DNA of 64,000 bases, from positions 173,205,971 through 173,269,970 of the forward strand of contig NC_085843.1 of NCBI RefSeq assembly GCF_035594765.1, written 5' to 3'. The translations under genes and the position numbers were made by a program. Numbering within the stretch: position 1 is the stretch's first letter; each line of letters opens with the position of its first letter. This document shows, piece by piece, positions 13,465 to 24,952 of this stretch. Origin of the DNA: Anolis carolinensis. Taxonomy: Eukaryota. Under the pieces are notes generated by a model. That model saw only the letters and a program-made list of their open reading frames with translations. It did no database searches and was not told the origin of the DNA.

Positions 13465-14297
13465 TAGGGATGTGCAATTCAGTTAAACCCCATTCTATTT
13501 TCAGTATCTGGATTCTCATGGACCCCCAGATCCATTTTAGGGAGCTTCTCAAATTTGGTCAGGAAAAATGGTTTTTTGATCCAGCAACCAAAATATCCAA
13601 GAAGATCCTGCCCATTTACAGCAATGGGGAATTTACAAGGTTCCCGTTTTTGTCAGTTTTAGGCCATCAGTCTTTAGAAACTACCCTTTCTGGATTGTTT
13701 GCCCTCAACACATTTTCAATGAAGCTAAGTTAAGGGAGACACACTTTTAAAACACTTATTTCAGTGGGAGCCACACCACCCACAGGAGCATTACCCACTA
13801 TTTTAAAAAGTTACGAATTACTTCGTTTTATGGTGGCTTTAGAAATTGTAAGATCCCTCTTCCCCACACCTGAAGCTTGCCTCAAGTGAAAGGCACCATC
13901 GGTGGCAGTTCCTTATGCGTGTAGAAAGTAAACGACTTATTTATTGCTATTTGAGTAGAAAAGAAAGCCAAGCCATGCAGAGCTGCGAGCGGCACTGAGA
14001 ATTTAGATCACCGATCTATTTCTCTCAGAGGTCTGCTCACTTGCACCAGAAAAATGGAAACCCAGCTTGGCTAAAAGACACGTCATGGCTTTCTTCTGTT
14101 GTGATTAGCTCAACAGGCAGGGCTCACAGAGAAACTCTGTGCTTGTGTGGCTGTCTCTCCATGCTCCACATGTAGTGTATGGTCTGTTGCAGCCAAAAAA
14201 AAAAAAAAAAGGCGGTGAAGCCTGTGTTATTATGACTGAATGAAACATCTGAAACAGCCAGAGTCCATTTTGAAAAACGGATGCATGCACACCCCTA
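13465..14297. mobile_element. Non-autonomous hAT element, 833 bp, with 8-bp TSD
   Basis: Termini TAGGGATGTGCA ... TGCACACCCCTA are inverted. Identical ATACACAT flanks at 13457-13464 and 14298-14305. Confidence 0.85.
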
Positions 14298-14320
14298 ATA
14301 CACATGCACAAAAATATGTA

Positions 14321-14698
14321 CAGGCAATTTCAAAGTTATGAACAGTAGAGATTCTGCAAATTTGTTCTTAAGTTTCATTTGTATGTAAGTCAGCATAGGT
14401 ACATTTTTAAGTGTAACTCCAGCCAAAAATATATATGTTTTAGCTTTGTGGTGTTTGTTTAGCTGTCTGTGCCTCTGTTTAAAAGATTTCTCTGCACTTT
14501 GTGTCCTTGTGATAATTGGATTTTGAAAAAAATGGCTTGTTGGTGAGAAAGCTTCAATGGAGACACGATATTGCCATGATAACTCTTTCAGGAATGAATT
14601 TCCTTTCCTAAGGGCAAATGTATCTCACTTCTTGTAATCTCAACCCTGTTCTTAACTATGAGTCATTAAGTCAGATGTTTGTAACTTGAGAATGGTTG
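14321..14698. mobile_element. pogo/Tigger-like MITE, diverged
   Basis: TA|CAGGCAATTTCAAAGTTATGAAC ... GTTTGTAACTTGAGAATGGTTG|TA: degenerate TIRs with TA flanks. Confidence 0.7.
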
Positions 14699-16311
14699 TA
14701 TTGAGAACGGTTGTACTGATACACTTGTGAGTACCAGCATGTAAGTACAGGATGGCATGAGAGGCTTAACCTTGCCACTATCTTGGTTATTTCATGCAAA
14801 ATTGCTAAGGAAGATGTAGGGGAAGAGCTGGTTCAGTATCACTTTAGTCTTCTTGGCTCTTGTTCTGGGCCATAACTTCTATAAAACAATCAAGGTAGAA
14901 TTAACAAATTTGAGGAAAGATTTGGCACATGTAGAGGATAATTAACAGCAGTGGGTGCAGAAACTTCCTTTGGTCTTGCTAACAGCTACATCTTAGTAGG
15001 AGGTGAATGATCCAACACTCTATCTATCTCTTTTCAATTTGTTATATATCTTTCTAAGCCCTATCACCTGACATATCTTGTCCAATAAGAAAAAAAAATG
15101 CTCACTGTACTGTATTTATATAAGCATCTTTCTCTCCTTCAATCAGGTTCTTAAAGGTGATGTGACACCGAGTGGAGTTGACTGCCATCAGACTACATCT
15201 GCCATCTGGTTTGCATCAGCTTTAATGTGACATCTGTTGTGAGTTTATAAATCAATTCACTGTTTACTTTTCTTATTTTGTTGATAGCTGTATTGGAATT
15301 ATGTCTGGAGTTAGACGATCTTGGTGACACACACACACTCCATAATAAACAAAGTCCTCCACTTCATATTTTTTGTTTTATAAATCCATTTTTTATTTTT
15401 TCCAGATCTTCTATTTTTCAAACTAGAAGACAAATCAGCATACATTTTATATGCAGTATAATGGGGTCAGGGGAAATATTGGTTCAAGATGAAAGCTAGT
15501 TCTAGGAAATCACATCAAAGGCTGAATGCCAGTAGTACCCCCAAGATGGCCTTAGTCACTTATTCCTAGTGTATTGTTAGGATTTAAATGATATCCCCTC
15601 ATAGACCCCTATATACATTCTCTCTCTTATACTCTTTGTGTTTCAAACACACATGCACTTAACATTTGTCCATTCCTGTTCAGTACTCTGTCTTTCTCAG
15701 AACACATCACCTTTGTCACATTTTGTCAGATATTCATTTGCATTAGTGATTTTTTTCCCTTCAAAAGCTTTACTGACACAAAACTGATATGATTTGGGAT
15801 GTCTACAGTGAGAGACATTTGCCCCCCCCCTCCCCCACCAGTAGTAAAAGTCTTGGAAATTTTCCCATAGCTCTTTGGCAGAATTTTCTACATGTGTATC
15901 TCTATGTGTGTTTCTCCAAGTTGTCTGTCAACTTACATATATGCCATAAATTTCATATATTTTTCTTAGAAAAGGAATCCTTAGAGGTGGTTTGCCAGTT
16001 CCTTCCTCTGAAATAGAGCGACAGGATTGGGATTCATTGAGTCTCTACCATCAAACCATGACTGATCCTGCTTAGTTTCCAAGAAGAGGGGGCCCAGCAC
16101 CTTTAGGGTATTTTGGCTTCTGAATTCAAAATATTCACCCTTAAAAATGTAATTTCTGGATTCCATAGGACTAACTCATAGTGTTTAAATGAGTTAATGT
16201 ATTAAGAGTGAATGACAACCTTAAATAAAATAAAATAAAATAAATACTTTATCGAGGCTCTCTCTCCCAGAAGATATTCAGGGCAGTTTATATACAAAAA
16301 GGCAAACATTC

Positions 16312-17072
16312 TGTTGTGACTCAGCAGCAGTGCCAGTGTGAAGATGAGGAAGGGGATTTTGGTGTACAGATGCAGGTGTCAGATGATGGGATGCAAGATG
16401 AATTTCAAGATGATGCCGTGGGGAATTATGGAATTCAGACACAGGCTGGTTCAGAAGTGCAGCCTGTGGATGAACTCCTGATGTAGCCCGTCACGGATGG
16501 GAACCAAGGAAATATTCCCAAGGGAAATAATGAGCTTGATCTGTCTCAGGCTCACGTTCAGGTGCAAGATAATGATAATGAGCGGTTTGGCCTTGACAAT
16601 CAGGCCGAGTCTGAAGCCCCGTTGCTCTCTCAGGCTGATAATTTACAATGGAAAGGAATGCCACAGTGAAGCCTTAGATTAGCTGGGAAACGGGAGGCCA
16701 CTGAATTGAAAAGAAATGCATTTTTGGGTTGCTTTCAAAAACAGTGTGTTGGGAGGCAAATCTCTGTCAAAGCAAATCCTCGCTTCATCAGGGTGGATGG
16801 TCTATGTCGTCATGCTACTTCTGCTTTGGAAATTCTCCTGTTCATGAATCCTTGTAACCAGTGGACTATTGTATCTTTGGGAATGGACTATTACTTCTTG
16901 TCTATGGATTATTGGATATATTGACTCTATTTTTGACAGCTACTTTTGGAACTATATTTCTGCCTGCTTTGATACTATATATATTTTGCTTTTGCTCAAT
17001 AAAATTACAAAATACTATCTACTTTGTGCAGCCTGGTGTCTACAACAAGGTGAACTATTCTGATGTGCGACA
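16312..17072 (+). mobile_element. Solo LTR (Gypsy-like), 761 bp, inserted in a SINE2/L2-tail remnant
   Basis: TGT...ACA termini and a 5-bp TSD CATTC (16307-16311, 17073-17077). Removing the LTR restores GGCAAACATTCAATGCC, matching the other SINE2 copies. AATAAA at ~16998. Confidence 0.88.
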
Positions 17073-17309
17073 CATTCAATGCCACAATCAAATTCGCACA
17101 CATCAAATTTTTACAAAATAACATCAGTAACCCTACATCTATCTCCTATTTACCATAATGGCCATCTTAGTTATTGTGATGGCATAGGAAGATGATGACA
17201 TGAATTTGGAACAAATCTGTTAGCAAGTAAGACCCACTGAACCTGTTGAGTTAACATTGTCAAAAACATTAAAAAACTATTTAGCTATTTTAATTACAAG
17301 AATGTGAGT

Positions 17310-17978
17310 CAAGCACTGAAGGGGTTTAATAAGCTAGCATCGCCCTGAGGAGAGTGAGTAGACCGAAGCCTGTTAGAGTTCGTGGGTCAAAGCTAGTGTT
17401 GTCTTGAGGGGTGTGAGGAAGCCTCTGTGTGAGGAGGCCCTCATGTGTGAAGAAGGCCTAGTGTGAGGAAGCCTCAGTGTGAGAAACTACAGGAAAGGAG
17501 ATTCCACCTGAACATCAGGAAGAACTTCCTCACTGTGAGGGCTGTTCGACAGTGGAACTCTCTCCCCCGGGCTGTGGTGGAGGCTCCTTCTTTGGAGGCT
17601 TTTAAGCAGAGGCTGGATGGCCATCTGTCGGGGGTGCTTTGAATGCGATTTCCTGCTTCTTAGCAGGGGGTTGGACTGGATGGCCCGTGAGGTCTCTTCC
17701 AACTCTACTATTCTATGATTCTATGAGAAAGGTCTCGTGAGTGAGATGACTTGGTGTGAAAAGCTTCATGTGAGAAGCTCCAGAGTGAAAGCTGCTGTGA
17801 GTATAAAGAACTTTATTTGTGTTATGGAAATCTTGTAAGTGGTGCAACTATTGTTTTGCTTCAAAGAAAAGCCTCCTAAGGAAGAGATAACATGGGTCTC
17901 TGTGTTTTTGTTCTTTTTATCATTTTTTGGCTACTGGTGCTGGGTCATGCTGCTGTTAATAAGTTACTCTGCTATACA
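17310..17978 (+). repeat. LTR-like repeat with internal GTGTGAGGAAGCCT-type tandem units, interrupted by CR1
   Basis: Degenerate ~17-18-bp tandem units on both sides of the CR1 insert. Boundaries are uncertain. Confidence 0.4.
17487..17726 (+). mobile_element. CR1 LINE 3' fragment
   Basis: [27 protein letters not shown], then a 3'UTR ending in (ATTCTATG)n. TGAGAAA occurs at both junctions. Confidence 0.93.
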
Positions 17979-18895
17979 TTTATGAGGAGGATCTTTTGTT
18001 AATAAGCTTACTCGCCCCACAAACATGTGTAGGATTATGCCCTGGGAGTGATGTAATGATGTTATGTATGTTCAGAAACAAAATAATATTTAACATCAAA
18101 GATGAGTTTTGCCCTACCAGATGTTTTGAATTAAAAATCCCATTATTCTTTGATAGTATAGCCAATGGTCAAGGATTGTGGGGCATATAGACCAACACAT
18201 TTGGAGGATACCAGTTTGGGGAAGGCTTTTCATAAACAATCAGATTAAATATAGCTCAATTTTGTATGACTCTCAGGGCAAAATAGAGCTATCATGGAGA
18301 TGAAAAAGGGCAAATTGACAATATGAGAGTTTCCATTTTTTTCTGAATTGAATCTGGTACTTGGCCAATGAGTATTGAGTGTACACAATTAAGAACTTTT
18401 CTAAACTAAATAAAAACAATATTAAATCCAGGTTAATTTTTAAGGGTGGGACACCCCCAACTCCCAGTGAACTTAAATTTTCTCAAGAATATTTATTCCA
18501 CTCAAATTACTTAATATAGCAAATGCATAATCTGCTAGTATTTTAAAGGTTTTGAGCAACTTATATAAGATCCTAAAAAGAAAAAAAGAGTTTAAATAAA
18601 TAAAGCACCTGTGAATGAAAGCAAAGGTATTTCAATTTTGTTATGCTCTAGAAATGGACATAATGGTTTTATGTGCATAGAACCTAGATACAATTATACA
18701 TTAGTTTCTTCTTGTTAAGAATTGCAGTATTTATGGGCATATGAGCTCTTAAGCATTTGTTATGGTTTTTATGTGAAAAATATGTTTATTAAAAAACCCC
18801 AGACTGTCTGGAGTCAAACAGTTTTATAATTAGGAAAGAGCCACTGGAATTGTAGCTTTGACCCTGATGACTAACTATATGAAACATAAACTATG

Positions 18896-19055
18896 AATCA
18901 ATTTGCTATTAACACCTAACAAGCTTTGATATATTATGGTTAGTCCATTTAGCTAAGAGTGTATACTTTTTAAAAATCCATTTGCTATAAACACTTAACA
19001 AGCTTTGATATATTGCTGCTAGTCCATTTAGTCAACAGTAAATACTTATTTAAAA
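18896..19055. repeat. Diverged ~80-bp tandem duplication
   Basis: AATC(A/C)ATTTGCTAT(T/A)AACAC(C/T)TAACAAGCTTTGATATATT...TAGTCCATTTAG occurs twice, head to tail. Confidence 0.85.
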
Positions 19056-20116
19056 TGAATTTTTCTAACTGGTTTATTATAATGGAACTAAATTACATCT
19101 ATATTTTTTCTATCCAGTAATAAGAACTAATAAAATATCCTACTCCTATATAAAGAGTGTTTATTTTATATATTGTGGCTTTGTTTTTCCATTTATTTTT
19201 TATAGCGAAAACTCTGAAAGTTCTTTTAAAAGAATTTTAAAATTATGGAATAATGGAAGTGCGGGTAGGTGTGACTGTGAGAGTATGTAGAACAATTACA
19301 TAACCATGAATTGATGGATAGGTGCAACTGTGCAAATTAAGGGAGATGTGATATTGAATGTGCTTATGTTGGCATTTATCTACTATCAATGATAGCATGA
19401 CTGCTATGGAATAGTGGCTTTGTGTGATAAAGTCCTAAGAGAGTGAAGCGAGTGATAGCTTATTGTTACCATAAGCCAAAGTTTCAACATGACTGAAGGT
19501 AGTTATAAGTTCTTTACTTAAAATATCTTTGTCCTGGATAATTAAAAGCCCATACCCAACACTATATTTTGGGGAAAGACGTTGGAATGAATTCTGGCTT
19601 CTAATAGTTTCCTAAATGGAATATACAATATTATCTTTATCAGTTTTACTCTAGTTTCAGGGTGGTTTCAGGGAAAAAGGATTGTTGAAAATCTTCATCT
19701 GTTGATTCTCCTGGATCTCTCATAAACATTTTACATTATTAACCATAGGATATTTTTGGGCTACCTAGCCAGAACAGGACCCAGGGCACTATTTTGCAAT
19801 GGATGCATCCCATTTGAGTTACATGGGGCTGTCTTTCAAGTGTGTTTAAAGATTTCATTTGATACAAAGAAGAGCAGCCAGATTGTTAACCAAGTATTTC
19901 CTTACTACAGAACTCCACTGGCCATCTGTCTTTCTGTGGGCACAGTTCAACTGGCTTAGTTTCAGGCTACCTCATAGAGTCTATTTTCTCATTTGAGCCT
20001 GCCTAAACCCTGGTATCTCCAGCAGAAGCTTTTTTTCCTTGGTCTCTCTACAGATACAGTCATATCTGGTGAAAATGCAAGAAAGGGAATTTTTGAGGAT
20101 GTCCTATGCCCTGGAG

Positions 20117-20895
20117 CAGTGATTTCCAAAGTGGGCGCTACCACCCCCTGGTGGGTGCTACAGTGATCCAGGGGGTGGTGATGGCACCTATTAGGACACG
20201 GGGACAGGGCCAGGGGAGGGGCGTGGCTTCTTCCCAAGAGCCCAAGACAGGACGGATAATATATACCTCTCCTGAGGCTCTTGTTGGGACACAGATGGTG
20301 GAGCTAGGGAAGGGGGTGGGGCCTCCTTCCAAGAGCCTGAGACAGGGCTGAGCCTCTATACTTCTCTGAAGAGGCCTTTTAAGACTAAAGGGCGGGGCTG
20401 GGGTGGGGGCGGGGCCTCTTCCCAAGAGCACGAGACAGAGCTGAGCCTCTGTATACCTCCCCTGAGGCACTTGTTAGAACACGGGGGCGGGATATAGAGG
20501 TTCAGCCCCGTCAGGCACTTGGGAAGAGGCCCCGCCTCCTCCTCTAGCCCTGCCCCCTGTGTTCTGGCAGGCGCCGCAGGACAGGGATTGAAGCTCAGCC
20601 CTGCCTCAGAGCTCGTAACTCTGCCCATCCCAGTCCTGGCTGCCCATTTGTGGCCCCACCCACCTCCCCCTATCCCTCACTGTAGCGCCCACTTTGGGAA
20701 TCACTGCTCCAGGGCATAGGACATCCTCAAAAATTCCCTCTCTTGCATCTTAAACTAGGGGAGAGGCTCAGCCCTGCCCTCTTGAGCAGGAGTCATGCCC
20801 ACCCCTCTAAGCTATGCCCCCCTTTCAAGGGGGCATTGAGTAATATTTTTTTCTGGAAAGGGGGCAGTAGGCCAAATAAGTTTGGGAACCACTGC
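20117..20895. mobile_element. Non-autonomous hAT (Charlie-type) element with GC-rich internal repeats
   Basis: TIRs CAGTGATTTCCAAA / TTTGGGAACCACTG. CTGGAG on both flanks is a partial TSD. Internal repeats GGGGCGGGGCCTCTTCCCAAGAGC..GAGACAGGGCTGAGCCTCT. Confidence 0.8.
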
Positions 20896-21949
20896 TGGAG
20901 TCTCTTTGTAGTAGTCCTTTCTGGCATTAGTTTAAAAAAGAAAGTTATTCTAATAAGTCACCGGTACTGCATTTCACTGCACTGTTTTTAAACTGTATTA
21001 AAATATTTTCAATTGTTTGTTTAGTTCTTTTTAATGTTTAATATCCACGATGCTTCATATGTTTCACAGCATTTGTTTTAATTTGTTTTTTTTTTCTGTT
21101 ATTGAAAAGGAGAAGGATATGAATTAAATTCATAACTTCTGCTGGTGTTGCTACTACTAGTAGTACTTATGATAATACCATCTCACAGTCACCATGGCAA
21201 TTAAGCTCAACTATTTCATGGAATAAAAAGATAGGTCAACAAATCCCAGAATATTAATTTCTTCAAAACTTGAAACACCTTATCAGGTTTGGCTTCTAAG
21301 CCAAACATTTTGTTAATTTGGTTTTCAAATGAGAATTCAAATAGACAACATACAATAGTAGTTACTGGGTTGCTGAGTGACCTTCATATGTCTGCATAGA
21401 TTCATAGCAAAAGAAAGAGATTAATCCTTTGTGAATATTAATAGAATTATCAAGAAACCAAGCTGCTGTGTCAATTCTTGATCAGAAGCCCAATAATTTT
21501 TGGTGAATCCACATCTTTGTTGCAAGCAAACATCACTGCAAGATGCTTCCTCTCTTCTGACAGGGAAGATAGATCGCAGCTGGTGATGTGACAATTGATT
21601 TTCTATAGATATCACTGCATATAGATATCAATATAAGTCTTCTCCAGCTATGCGGGGAAAAACATTTCATTACTGAAACAAGTTTTTCCCATGAAGGTAG
21701 TAATTTGACAAAAGATTGGGAAGTCGGCAACAGAATACTGCTTCTAGATAAAGTTCTTATTCCAAATTTCAATATAGGTTGGACTGTAAGCCAATTCACA
21801 CATAGCTCTGGGTGTAGGATATATTGGAGTTTGGGAAGTATCACCCATTCATGACATGAGCCACACACTTCTTTTTTGTGATGAATGAATGACAAGTATT
21901 AAAGTTATGTATTTGGAATCCTGCAAATAGAGGTGCTAGTGCTGGTAAA

Positions 21950-22320
21950 GTGTCTAGGATCTGGAATGCAGGATACATATGTTCACATGATCCTTCAATC
22001 ATTAATGAGTAGTGACCAAGATCTATTTCTATAAAATCAAGAAATGTATGGACTGCAAGACGTTGTTGCTGAACTCTCATTCCCTGCAGACCTTCCAGGA
22101 CACTCATTGGTGAGGGATGCAGCCGTTTATCATCTGGTGCCACATAGCTTTCCTATCCCTGGTTGAGGCATTGCTATATGATTTATGGTTTTTTTACACC
22201 AGAATATATGTCCCTCCTTCCATCAGTCCTAGCCATCATGATCAATGTCAAGCGACAGTGATCATTATGGCCCAACAACATCTGAATGGCCATATATTCC
22301 TCAGTACTACTTCATACAAA
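21950..22320 (+). mobile_element. Possible highly decayed DIRS1-like retrotransposon remnant (region downstream of RNase H)
   Basis: Across frames, FPADLPG ... SLVEALLYDLW ... YVPP ... QATVIIMA appear in the order of the DIRS1 pattern P..DLFA / SLGDA...W / YAFPP / A.VILIAP. Similarity is weak. Confidence 0.3.
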
Positions 22321-24500
22321 GATTGCAGTACTACACATGCCAGTCAGAGAATTAGTCTAATTGAACTCAATAAATGTTATTTTTAATTAGACACCCACAG
22401 AATGGCAATAGGTTGAATACAGAAAGATGTACAAGATCTAATATTTTGAACATACTGTCCTTGCACTTATGGGGAGAGATCTTTGGCTATTGTAAATACA
22501 AGCAACTGCATTACAAGGAAGGCTAGAACAACCTTGGGAAGAGAACATCCACAGAAAGTGAAATGCATTCAGTATGGTTAAGTGTTTCTGTTTGCCACTC
22601 TTCAAAGATAAACATTGAAAGCCCTCTTTTTTTTCTCCTCGTGGCCATTATCTCTTTCTCCTTGATCTCTAGGTGAAGTCAGAATGGTGTGTTTATGATT
22701 ATGACACTACTTGGTTGTCATGGAATCTGCTTTGCAAATTGGAACATTGGTACTATGACTTCACCAATGGTTAAGGCCATTTTAATTGTGAGGGAGGGAT
22801 GTGATTATAAAAGTAGGTATAAAGCTGAGCAAACAGCTAAAGCACAAAATGTGAAAATGAATAGGTTTGGAGAAAAGATTGTGCTACAGCTACTTGTATT
22901 AAAAGTTACTTATTTGAGGCAGAGTTATTGCTCCGCATGAGAACCTGTATTCATTAAAAAACAGGTAACGCAAGTAATAAGTGCACAAATGCTTTTTTAA
23001 ACAAAAATGTCAATATTGCTTATCAACAACAAACTCCTCCCATAAGAGTTACAACAATTTTAGTAGATTATAATCATAATAATATTGTTTTGTGTGATGT
23101 ATACCAGATCTTTCAGCCGCGCTGTTTTGAGATGGCTCTACTTCTTTCCCAAATTTGAGACTCAGAAGATGGAACTTAAGAATAGGTAGTATGTTGTTGG
23201 AGTGGAAGGCCATGTATAATAACTGCAATATGATATGTGTGTTTGTGTGTGTATGTCCCCCACAATATAGAAACCTCAAATCCATTTACATCACCTTATG
23301 ATAGCTTTCTCTAAGTGCCACAGTAACCTAAAATAAGCAGCATAGCACCTACCAAAAACATAATGCTTTCTGTGATGGCACCATTTTTGTGGAATTGTCT
23401 TTTCCAAAGTAGTGGTTCAGTTAAGCCCTTTATTGTGGATGACAGGCATATGACTTTTAAAACTGTTTCTCAGTGTTCAAAGCACTCTCTTTCTGTTGAT
23501 TAAAAATACATCCTCAAAGATAACAATATAACTGGAAATTATACAGCCACATTGCTTTTAAACCCCTCTTTTATTTACTATCCTTTCTGGGATACAAGGA
23601 AGCCATATTAAAGCTCTCTTGCTACAGCTGGTGGGAGAGGACAGCTAGAAGAAACACCACAGTAGGGATATGCTATAACTGCAGCAGCTGCTGCGTTATG
23701 AATGTTAAATGTCATAATTAAATCTCCAGATATGCTTGATAAGCATAATCTATTTTGTTTGATATGAGCTGTGTGGCTGTTTTATTGAAGTGAGCTATCT
23801 AGGTCTTGGCTAAAAGAGCTACTATTCATGGTTGCAATTTTTCTTTGTTACCAACATATTTAATAACTCCCACCATGGTCAGAAGAGTAGTGTATTAAGC
23901 AGGAATAATGCATGCACCTCAAAGGTCATACTTGGAGTGACAAGGGGCTTTACCCAACAAATTTCAGGGGTGTGGTTCTCCTTTAAAATAGTGTGTGCCC
24001 CTATCCAGCTAAATGTTTTTCCGAAAACTAAACATTACTTTCAAACCCCAACAAACTGGAAATGACTGTCTGGTAATATCTGCTTCCATTCTAAGGCACT
24101 ATTGCAGGGTTGGAAAAAATGGCCACTGAACCCCAAGAAACTGACTTACAAAATTTGATCTACAGAATTTTGCTCTTTACTGTGAGGCTGTTAAAGACAG
24201 AGATCTTTAAAAAGGGATGTGGCAACACTATGCCTTGCTCATGAGAAATCCATCAGCATAAAGTCAAAAAGGGAGGAAACAATGACTTTTAATCTCAGAC
24301 TTGATGCCATGTAAGCAGTGAAATAAGCCAATAGCATTGAGGCAATTTAACAAAATGGGTAAGATGAATAAGGATATGCTTTGGGCTTTTATTCCCATCA
24401 CACATATTGCAATCCATTTGTAATAGCCAGTTTTGGCATGCAGGCCCTCATCATACCCGTCCCCACAGTCACATTTGGAAACAGAGAAAGGAAAGACAGG

Positions 24501-24952
24501 TATTTATTTTATTTATTTATTTACAGTATTTATATTCCGCCCTTCTCATCCTGAAGGGGACTCAGGGCGGATCACATTATACACACATAGGGCAAACATT
24601 CAATACCCATAAACACATCAAACAGAGACCGAGACAGACGCAGAGACAAGTTAACCTTCTTCTGAGGGGATGTTCGATTCTGGCCACAGGGGGGAGCACT
24701 CTGGTGGCACTTCCTCATTCCAGGTCATAAATTAGTTAACCTTGCCTCCCCACCTTTTTAATAAGTGGTACCTTATTTCCTACTTGATAGATGCAACTAT
24801 CTTTCGGGTTGCTAGGTCAGCAACGAGCAGGGACTATTTTTTATTTTTAATTGACGGGTGCTCACCCCACCATGGGCTGGCCTCAAACTCATGACCTCAT
24901 GGTCAGAGTGATTTATTACAGCTTCTCAACAGCCTGCGCCACAGCCCGGCCC
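24501..24952 (-). mobile_element. Anolis SINE2-like SINE (tRNA-related head, L2-type tail)
   Basis: Head GGGCCGGGCTGTGGCGCAGGCTG..GGTCATGAGTTTGAGGCC; tail CCGCCCTGAGTCCCC..GAGAAGGGCGGAATATAAATA(AAAT)n. Confidence 0.88.

Noticed and set aside
17400-17800. Short spaced repeats resembling a CRISPR-like array
   Set aside because: Vertebrate DNA, degenerate tandem units without unique spacers, and no cas genes.
22673-22769. Possible host exon (good acceptor, open frame VKSEWCVYDYDTTWLSWNLLCKLEHWYYDFTN)
   Set aside because: Weak donor, unrecognised peptide and no partner exons; it cannot be supported without RNA or homology data.
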